DNA of 49,586 bases, from positions 1 through 49,586 of the forward strand of contig WJJK01000045.1 in assembly GCA_014729705.1 (NCBI GenBank). Reading direction: 5' to 3'. This DNA comes from Candidatus Altiarchaeales archaeon (GTDB taxonomy: Archaea > Altiarchaeota > Altiarchaeia > IMC4 > SCGC-AAA252-I15). Below, piece after piece: positions 42,805 to 49,586 of the stretch. Position 1 is the stretch's first letter; each line of letters starts with the position of its first letter. A model generated the notes under the pieces. It was not told the DNA's origin, ran no database searches, and saw only the letters and a list, made by a program, of their open reading frames with translations. Position numbers and translations under genes: made by a program.

Positions 42805-45800
42805 TTGGTAGAAGAGAGCTTCAAGCTTAATCTAAATATAGAACTTGATGAAAGTGGCCTTGCGGGACTTCAAAAGCAGATAGAAAGAAGTGTAAATAAA
42901 GCTTTCTCTGATGCTTTTAGAAAGGTCAAGTTGCCTACGCCCGGCGCTACAGGAGGTGGCGCTGGTCCTACTCCGGCAACTGCACGAAGTGCCCGTGAGG
43001 CTATTTCTGTATCTGGGCAAGATCTTGGAAAGAGTGTCCAGCAAGCTTTGAGAGGCGAGCTACGCGGATTCGAAGCTGCTGCTAAACGTATGGAACAGGC
43101 GGTAGACAGATTGGCGCGCGTCATGGGAGGAGGACGCGGAGGCGGAGCTGCTTCTGGAGGCCCTTCCAGAAGACAACAACAGGTTGAGGAAGTTTTTAGG
43201 GCCCGCGTTGGTCGTATATCCGAGATGCGAGGGAGGCAAAGAACTGCCCGAGAAGCTGGAACTCCTGCCGGAGAACGAGAAGCCGAGCGCCTTGAGGTGG
43301 AGATAGCCAGAGAAAAGAAAAAGGCTTTTAGAACAGCACAGAGACGCCAGCGCCTCCAGGAACAGTCTGCTAAGGCGGCCGAAAGAACTGCCAAGTCTGA
43401 GGAAGACCTAGCCCGCTCCACAGAGAAGCTGGCGGCTGCACGTCGGAGAGAGGCTGCTGCTACCGAAAGCAGAGGGCGTCAAGGTGCCGGTCCTTCCGGC
43501 CCTGCCCCTACACGTGGAAGAGAACAGGTAGCTTCCCGGCAAGTAGGTGCTTCCAATCAACAGACAGGTGCTAATATAGATGTCACCCGACGTTCGGGTT
43601 CTCAAAGGACCGCCGGATCCACTGGAGAAATTGTAACCGATGCCCCTCGTATTCGCGATAACAGAGTAGGTACTGTACAGGATAGGCCTCAGTTTAGAAA
43701 GGAAGCACAAGAAAGAGAGAGGGCCAGGGCCGGAGCCGGTGCGGAATATATAAAGAGTGCTCAGGCTACCTCCGAACGGGTTGCTGCAAGCATAGGAAAG
43801 CTTGAAGCGGCTATTAGAACTATGCCTCAGTTTAGGGATGTTGATCTTTCCAAGGCTCTTGGGCTGCCAGGCAAGGAGTCCCTTGGTGTTGGTAGAGGAG
43901 CAGCTGCCACCGTTAAGCTTCCTTCTGGAGAAGAGAGGGTTATACGCCAGGCAGTTAATATTCTATCAGATGAGATGGGCAAAGTTTCTGTTGAGGCTGG
44001 GGACGTAATCTCCAAGCGTATTGACAAATTGCTTTCCAGTGAAGCTATGAGTAAGATAGGTAAGACAGCCCGTTTCCGACCTGAGCGCGCCGAAAATATG
44101 CTCAGGGCGGAAATAGGCAAGATATTTGAAGCTCCTAAGCTTGAATCTACTAAGGTAATGGGCGGTTTTGCTACAGCCGGACAGTCCCATATGACTTTCA
44201 AGCCTACAGAAGAACAGCGCAAAAGAATAGCATCCAAGGCCCCTGGGGCAGAGCAGATAGCAGAGGCTATGGTAGTTCTGCAGGAAATGTCCAGGGAATC
44301 CGAATCCTTCAAAAAGGCAGGGCTTGAGGTTGTACATGTTTTGGGTATGGCGGAGCAGGACGCTGCTGCAATGGCAGATTCTATCGAAGCTTTTGCTAAG
44401 GGAGCTTCTGATAGTATAGAGGGAATTGTTCAGACAAGAAATCTGGCGGCTATGGGTGTTGGTGGTGCCGGAACTATGAGACAAGCACGTTCCTTCCTTG
44501 TTACCCAAACACAAGAGATGGTAGGGGGAGAGGAACCCAAGATTAAGGGAATAGGAGAAGAAGCAGCATACGCTGGTGATATTTTTGGAAAGAGAGCGGT
44601 AAAGCATCTCAAAACTGCTGTTGTTTCTGCGGACCTTATGCCCGAGCTTAAGGAAGATCAGTTCCTACTGGACAAAAAAGCAGCAGAACAGATGGGTATG
44701 ATAGAGAAAAAGAGTAAGCTTGTTAAAGATGTTGGTGAGGACATAGTTCCTGGTATGAAGTTGCAACATAAGCAGGTACTGGGGGCTGATGTAAAGGGTA
44801 GAGCTGTAGAGTTTGACCTTAAAGGGGCTGAGGCCGAGGTTAAGAGAGTAGAAAAAGTCATAAAGAATGGTGTTGAGGCTTGGAAGATTCATTATGAAGA
44901 GCTCAACCAGATGGTTACGGGTGGTAAGATGACCACCCGCGCCGGCGGTAAGGGTATAGTACGAGTTGAGGAGGATATTGCCGGTAAATACGGTCTTCCT
45001 AAGGGAACTCAAGTGGCTATGTCGGCTGAAGGTATGGCCAAGAGAGGCGATTTAAGGAGCATGATTGAGATGCATGCTTCTAACATTTCTGAGGCTACTA
45101 CTAAGTCAGGACAAGAAGTGGCTGACATGATAGTAGATAGAATGAAGCACGGTTCTGATTATATGGGAGAAACCATTGATCAGGCCATAAAGAACGTCGC
45201 GTCTGAGTTAGGTATTAAGGGCTATACTGGTGCAGAGGTTATGCGGGAAGGTCCTCTGGCTAAGGGCAAGGGAGGCGAAGCGGCAGTTATGACCGGTGAG
45301 CTGGCTTGGATGCGCCTGGCAAAGGAGGGACAGAGAGGTCCGGCCCCTGTGGACCCTCGTTTCTTGGATAAGCCCGCCCAACAGGCCATGGAGCAGCGCG
45401 CCGAAACTGTTGCCCAGTCCAAAGCCATGCAGAGTGAGATGTCAAAGGTTATAGAAAGTAACTACGAGTACGTAGCTACCTTGCAGTCTATTGCTGGCGC
45501 TACGGACGAGGTCACAGAAGGTTTGAAGGAAGTCAAGCCGGAGAGATTCAAAGGACTCACTGGCGGAATGATGGATCCTTCTACACTTAAGGGAACCCTC
45601 TTAGATCCTGATCTTGCCGAGCCCCTAAAGGTTATGTTGCCCAAGAGGGGTGGCGGTGAGGAGGCTATGCGCTTGCCCTCTATGGGAAGGGGTCTGGGTA
45701 AGCGTGATTATTTTGAGACTGAACTAGGTCAGGTGGGTGCCAGTGACATAACTAAACTTTATGATAAAATAATCCAGCAAGCCAAACAAATAAGAGTGGC

Positions 45801-48800
45801 TACTGGACAAGTAGACATTACCGAGGATGCTGAGGCTTATGGAGAGGCAGCTCAAATAACTTCCAGGGCCATGAAGGACCAGATACAAACGATCTATAAG
45901 TTGGGTTCTAAAACTGAAGAAGGTAAGGCGGCGATGAAAGAGTTCATCGATTCCTTTATGCCTTTAATAAAGCAGCTTGAAGGACCTGCAGGTATTGAGT
46001 ATCAGAAGGTAAAGAAGACAGGAGAAAGGGAAACAGTTGCTTATCAAGGTACCGCAGAAGAGTACGTACAGAGCCGTAAAACTCTTGAACAAAAGATGTT
46101 CGGTATTCAGGACTTGCTGTCTGAAAGATCGGCCCGCCGGGCCAAAGTAAGTCCTCAGAGCGCTTGGGGTAGGCAGGGTTATGTCGCAACCGAAAACGTA
46201 CCTCGCGCAGGTGCTATGTTTGATCCTAAAAATGCAGAAGTACTTAGAAAGTCTATGGATCTTTTGGGAGTATCCTTAGAGGAGGATGCGGAGCATGTTG
46301 ACAAGCTTCATGACAGGTTAGAGAGGCTTAAGTCAATACTTGTAGAGACTCTGTCCATGGCAGGTGTAGGAACCGCGGGCGGACGCCCTGCTTCCGAGTC
46401 TTTGCGCCCCTACGCTCAGGCCATGGGGGGCGGTATAGCTGAGGCACCTATGGGGGTCGCTACAGAGTTTAGAACAGATATATCTGCTTCTCTTGCGAAG
46501 GCTAAAGAAAGATTAGAGCAGCTGGCTGATTCTGGTAAGAACGTAGATCAGGCCCTTGCGGCGGTGGAGAGGATTTCTGCCCTCCAGACTGATGTGGAAG
46601 GTTTGCCTCGCGACGCTGTTATGTTGAGTGAGACAGATTATGAAAATCTCAAGCAGTCTATTATGAAGCGGCAGCGAATAGGCGAAGCTGAAGCCACCAA
46701 GAGAATGGAAAGAGGTGTTTCTCTGCGCTACCCAGTGACTGGTGGTCAGAGTATGCAGGCAGTTAAGATTCTAAAAGATACAATGGGTAAGCTACCGGAA
46801 GGTAAGATTGGCGTTGCAGGACCTCCTGCCGGAGAACCTGAGGACATTGAAAAGGTCACAGGTCAACTTAGTGAGTTTAGAGCTTCCCTTGCCAAGGTTA
46901 TAGAGGATAATAAGGGTTTCGGTGCTGAAGCGGATCAAGCACGCTCTGAAATAGCCGAACTGGATCCAGTTATAGAGGGACTTCGACAGTCTTTCCTTAG
47001 CGCTACTCAGAATCTTGATTTCGACGGAGACAAGATTGCTGTATTTGGAGCGCTGACAGAGGAGGCATCGAAGTCTCTTCGTACGTTCACTGAAGTTGCT
47101 ATGAGAGGAGGAATGTCCTTTGAAAACATAATGAGTACTATTTTGACTGCTTCCAAGGGCAAGCCTGGCGGAGGAATGGGAGGTGTCGAAGAATACGCTC
47201 AGTTGTTCGGCCAGGTTGCTAAGGGCAGGACTGGTAAGTACCGTCAAGCAGTTATGGCTCCTGACACTACAGAGACTACGCGTTTTGAGTCCACAGCCCA
47301 CACAGCCGGAAAGTTGTCCGTTAGTTTGCTCACTGATGCCTTCAATAAGCTTCAGATGTCTATTCTAGGGGGAGCTGAGCAGACCGGAGACGCGATGTCT
47401 ACTGCGGTAGAGCGTATAATGTTGTTTATTAACAAATCCCTGGCACAAAAGCACGGCGGTGGGGGAGCCGGCGGGGCTGACCCTATGGAATTTATAGAGT
47501 CCTTCCGTAGAGGACCTGAAGGTCTTAAGGAAATCTTTTCCGGTATGGATGAGATGGGAGATGATATCTACGGAGAGCTCGGTAAGTTCAACAAAGAATA
47601 TCGTGAGCGTATGTACAACATGCTCATCGCTCAACCAAGAGATACTGTTCAAGAGTTAGCTAAGCAAGCTGGGGTTTTGGAGAGCGAAGCGGACCTAACT
47701 CCGGAAACTTTTATACCTGTTATAAAGGACATGGTTAATGAGCTGGACCTAAAGGGACAGTTTAAGCGTATGTGGGAAATGCTTGAAGACAACATGAAGC
47801 AATCTCTTATGAAGGAGGGTATGTCTGCGGAAGAAGTATCTGCCAAGATGAGGGATATGCTTACAAAGCCTACCAAACAGACTGGTAAACCGGCAGGACT
47901 GGATCTAAATAGACTGATGAAGAACATGTTCCCGGAGTACAGGGCTACCCGAAAGGTAGGGGTAAGGGAGATGGAGGGAGAATCTCCTATGGGTAAAGCC
48001 CAACAAGTACTTAAGATGTTGGGGCTTCATGTGGCCGAGAGAATAGAAGAGACAGAGGAATACTTTGATGAAGACGTAATACAAGGGGCAGCAGTACAAC
48101 TTATATCTAAGATTCATTCTTTCTTAGAGTCTGTTTCTGATCAGTTTGAGATATCTACCACTGCTGAGTTTGCCCAGAGACTCGGAAGAACTCCCGAACA
48201 AGCTGCTGGAGTAAGAGGTCAGTACATTAGAGGAAAGGGCGATGAGCCTGGTAAGATAATGCTTTCCGAGGAGAAAATTTTCAAGCCCCTTATAGAGGCC
48301 ATTGCTACCTTGGATAGGGTCGCTAAGGGAGAGATACCTCCAACAGTTGAAGCTTTCCAAAGCCTTGGTGAGGCTTTGTCTAGGTTTGCTTCTACCATGT
48401 CCCACGAAGGTATCCATAAGGCCGCAGACCAGTTCCCTGAAGTTATACAAAATCTGGTCCGACGTATAACTTCCTCAAGTGGTGATCTAAGCCAGCACTC
48501 GGGAGCTATTTATGAAGCCTTAAGTAAGCTTTCCAATGTGGCTAAACTTAGAGGTAAGTTTGAGCAGGTTTCCAAGGCCCAGAAGGGAGGTGCTACTGAG
48601 TTTGCAGGGATGCCTATAAAGGAGGCCAAGCAGGAGATAGGTCGTCGTTTGGCCAGAGTTTCTACAGAGGAGTTAGTCGCTCACCTGGCCGATCGCCAGA
48701 AGTGGCAAAAGGTATTTGGTCACCTTCCAGAAACTGTACAGCAAGCAGCCAGGGATGCATTTGAAGAACTCTCCCAGTCTGCACCTGACATTGTAAAGCC

Positions 48801-49586
48801 TGTTCAGAATTGGTCAAATGAAATTCTATCTTCTCTTGTTGAAATAATGACTTCTACTTTCCAAGGACAAGGTGTGGGGGCTGCCAGAGAGGCTGCCCAG
48901 CAGAGAAGAGATGCCTTGGAGTCGGGGGAGCCTTACCCCGGTAGAGAAAGATTCCATCAAATGCGCGAAGTTTTGGGTAAGGGAGAAGAAACCCTGGCAT
49001 ATGGTAGAAGAACCCATGGACTTGCTCCTTTTCAGAAAGCAGAAGGAAGAGTTGGTATAGGTGGTCGCCTCGAAATAGGAGGGGAGCAGGTAGTAGGTCA
49101 GATAGGTGCCCAGGTACGCAATCTTTTGGAGAGCGCTCTTAGAGGAGGAGCATTTGATGATCCTGGTGCTGCAGCTGAGTTGGAGAAAGATTTTAAAGCC
49201 GCTGCCCGTCAGTACTATGAGGCTTTGAAGGGCCTTGGTAGGGATCAGTTTAGCGGAAACGCTTGGAAGGAATACAACAAGGTTCTTCTCGAGTTCCAGG
49301 CAGCTGAGGCGCAGTCTCTTATAAACAAAGCGCGCCAGATGGAAGAGCAGATTTCAGAAATGAGAAAGGCAGGTCAGACTGACATGCCTGAGTTCCGCGA
49401 TCTGCTGGATAGATTTAATGAAACGGTTCAAGAACTTTTCCGTTCCTACGAGAAGAACATTAAGTTAGGAGGCAAAGGAAGAGGTACTGCCTCCGGACTG
49501 GCCGTTACCCCGGACCAGCTAATCTCTGAACCGGCATTGGAGATGGGTGTTAAGCCTACGGGCGCACAATATCAGCAAGTAATGCA
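42805..49586 (+). CDS. giant virion-module protein (>2,260 aa, 3'-open) containing RpoB-like and RpoC-like double-psi beta-barrel motifs: candidate single-chain RNA polymerase
   Basis: Hand translation of frame 1 is open from TTG 42805 to the window end, with GGAGG at 42791-42795 and an in-frame TAG at 42802-42804. GGKMTTRAGGKGIV lies at 44920-44961, RYPVTGGQSMQAV at 46726-46764 and NLDFDGDKIAVF at 47011-47046. The ORF is absent from the supplied track. Confidence 0.8.
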   Translation, partial: MVEESFKLNLNIELDESGLAGLQKQIERSVNKAFSDAFRKVKLPTPGATGGGAGPTPATARSAREAISVSGQDLGKSVQQALRGELRGFEAAAKRMEQAVDRLARVMGGGRGGGAASGGPSRRQQQVEEVFRARVGRISEMRGRQRTAREAGTPAGEREAERLEVEIAREKKKAFRTAQRRQRLQEQSAKAAERTAKSEEDLARSTEKLAAARRREAAATESRGRQGAGPSGPAPTRGREQVASRQVGASNQQTGANIDVTRRSGSQRTAGSTGEIVTDAPRIRDNRVGTVQDRPQFRKEAQERERARAGAGAEYIKSAQATSERVAASIGKLEAAIRTMPQFRDVDLSKALGLPGKESLGVGRGAAATVKLPSGEERVIRQAVNILSDEMGKVSVEAGDVISKRIDKLLSSEAMSKIGKTARFRPERAENMLRAEIGKIFEAPKLESTKVMGGFATAGQSHMTFKPTEEQRKRIASKAPGAEQIAEAMVVLQEMSRESESFKKAGLEVVHVLGMAEQDAAAMADSIEAFAKGASDSIEGIVQTRNLAAMGVGGAGTMRQARSFLVTQTQEMVGGEEPKIKGIGEEAAYAGDIFGKRAVKHLKTAVVSADLMPELKEDQFLLDKKAAEQMGMIEKKSKLVKDVGEDIVPGMKLQHKQVLGADVKGRAVEFDLKGAEAEVKRVEKVIKNGVEAWKIHYEELNQMVTGGKMTTRAGGKGIVRVEEDIAGKYGLPKGTQVAMSAEGMAKRGDLRSMIEMHASNISEATTKSGQEVADMIVDRMKHGSDYMGETIDQAIKNVASELGIKGYTGAEVMREGPLAKGKGGEAAVMTGELAWMRLAKEGQRGPAPVDPRFLDKPAQQAMEQRAETVAQSKAMQSEMSKVIESNYEYVATLQSIAGATDEVTEGLKEVKPERFKGLTGGMMDPSTLKGTLLDPDLAEPLKVMLPKRGGGEEAMRLPSMGRGLGKRDYFETELGQVGASDITKLYDKIIQQAKQIRVATGQVDITEDAEAYGEAAQITSRAMKDQIQTIYKLGSKTEEGKAAMKEFIDSFMPLIKQLEGPAGIEYQKVKKTGERETVAYQGTAEEYVQSRKTLEQKMFGIQDLLSERSARRAKVSPQSAWGRQGYVATENVPRAGAMFDPKNAEVLRKSMDLLGVSLEEDAEHVDKLHDRLERLKSILVETLSMAGVGTAGGRPASESLRPYAQAMGGGIAEAPMGVATEFRTDISASLAKAKERLEQLADSGKNVDQALAAVERISALQTDVEGLPRDAVMLSETDYENLKQSIMKRQRIGEAEATKRMERGVSLRYPVTGGQSMQAVKILKDTMGKLPEGKIGVAGPPAGEPEDIEKVTGQLSEFRASLAKVIEDNKGFGAEADQARSEIAELDPVIEGLRQSFLSATQNLDFDGDKIAVFGALTEEASKSLRTFTEVAMRGGMSFENIMSTILTASKGKPGGGMGGVEEYAQLFGQVAKGRTGKYRQAVMAPDTTETTRFESTAHTAGKLSVSLLTDAFNKLQMSILGGAEQTGDAMSTAVERIMLFINKSLAQKHGGGGAGGADPMEFIESFRRGPEGLKEIFSGMDEMGDDIYGELGKFNKEYRERMYNMLIAQPRDTVQELAKQAGVLESEADLTPETFIPVIKDMVNELDLKGQFKRMWEMLEDNMKQSLMKEGMSAEEVSAKMRDMLTKPTKQTGKPAGLDLNRLMKNMFPEYRATRKVGVREMEGESPMGKAQQVLKMLGLHVAERIEETEEYFDEDVIQGAAVQLISKIHSFLESVSDQFEISTTAEFAQRLGRTPEQAAGVRGQYIRGKGDEPGKIMLSEEKIFKPLIEAIATLDRVAKGEIPPTVEAFQSLGEALSRFASTMSHEGIHKAADQFPEVIQNLVRRITSSSGDLSQHSGAIYEALSKLSNVAKLRGKFEQVSKAQKGGATEFAGMPIKEAKQEIGRRLARVSTEELVAHLADRQKWQKVFGHLPETVQQAARDAFEELSQSAPDIVKPVQNWSNEILSSLVEIMTSTFQGQGVGAAREAAQQRRDALESGEPYPGRERFHQMREVLGKGEETLAYGRRTHGLAPFQKAEGRVGIGGRLEIGGEQVVGQIGAQVRNLLESALRGGAFDDPGAAAELEKDFKAAARQYYEALKGLGRDQFSGNAWKEYNKVLLEFQAAEAQSLINKARQMEEQISEMRKAGQTDMPEFRDLLDRFNETVQELFRSYEKNIKLGGKGRGTASGLAVTPDQLISEPALEMGVKPTGAQYQQVM

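Noticed and set aside
42870-44607. Antisense ORFs of 183, 161 and 213 aa.
   Set aside because: They are shadows of the giant + strand ORF. Their translations are Ser/Ala/Pro-rich or Cys/Leu-rich and implausible as proteins.
42782-49586. The absence of listed ORFs suggested a non-coding region, a pseudogene field or stop-codon reassignment.
   Set aside because: Hand translation shows that one standard-code frame is completely open. The ORF is simply unterminated within the window, so no recoding is needed.
42805-49586. The giant ORF could be an ordinary tape-measure protein.
   Set aside because: Its position and its helical, Gly-rich N-terminus fit a tape measure. However, co-linear RpoB-like (GGKMTTRAGGKGIV) and RpoC-like (RYP..QAV...NLDFDGDKIAV) motifs are not expected in one. 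The tape-measure idea is kept only as a possible additional role.
1-49586. CRISPR arrays, transposase/integrase genes and rRNA genes.
   Set aside because: I saw no direct-repeat/spacer periodicity, no recombinase motifs and no rRNA-like sequence. The only repeats are in-frame protein repeats.

Overview
The window looks like a tightly packed, single-strand (+) segment of a tailed dsDNA phage or prophage with about 55 genes. SD-like AAGGAGG sites are common, and TAATG/ATGA start-stop overlaps are frequent. Module order is as follows. (1) 1-2.4 kb: end of a collagen-like fibre gene plus two unknowns. (2) 2.5-12.8 kb: auxiliary/early-type genes, namely HNH endonuclease, MazG-like, GNAT, thyA-DHFR-dNMP kinase, many small zinc-ribbon proteins, a NusG-like factor and a NUMOD3 protein. 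(3) 12.9-27.2 kb: head module, namely putative TerS, TerL split by a LAGLIDADG intein in the P-loop, portal, a Cys-repeat protein, Dps, a protease/scaffold-like protein, scaffold, decoration protein and major capsid. (4) 27.3-32.8 kb: a 1841-aa mosaic fibre/depolymerase. (5) 33.2-42.8 kb: connector/tail genes, including a second intein-bearing gene. (6) 42.8 kb to the window end: an ORF of more than 2,260 codons that is absent from the supplied ORF track because it has no stop inside the window. The main find is that this giant virion-module ORF carries both signature motifs of two-barrel (multisubunit-type) RNA polymerases. It has an RpoB-like GxKMxxRxGxKG motif and an RpoC-like RxP...QA...NxDFDGDxxAV motif. 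This points to a single-chain, probably virion-delivered RNAP sitting in the tape-measure slot. Secondary finds are two candidate -1 recoding sites (A_AAA_AAG plus a 10-bp stem, and an A9 run) that extend head-module proteins, two inteins, a phage Dps, and a GC-rich imported beta-helix module. Every call rests on reading the sequence by hand and on motifs recalled from memory. No database search was run.
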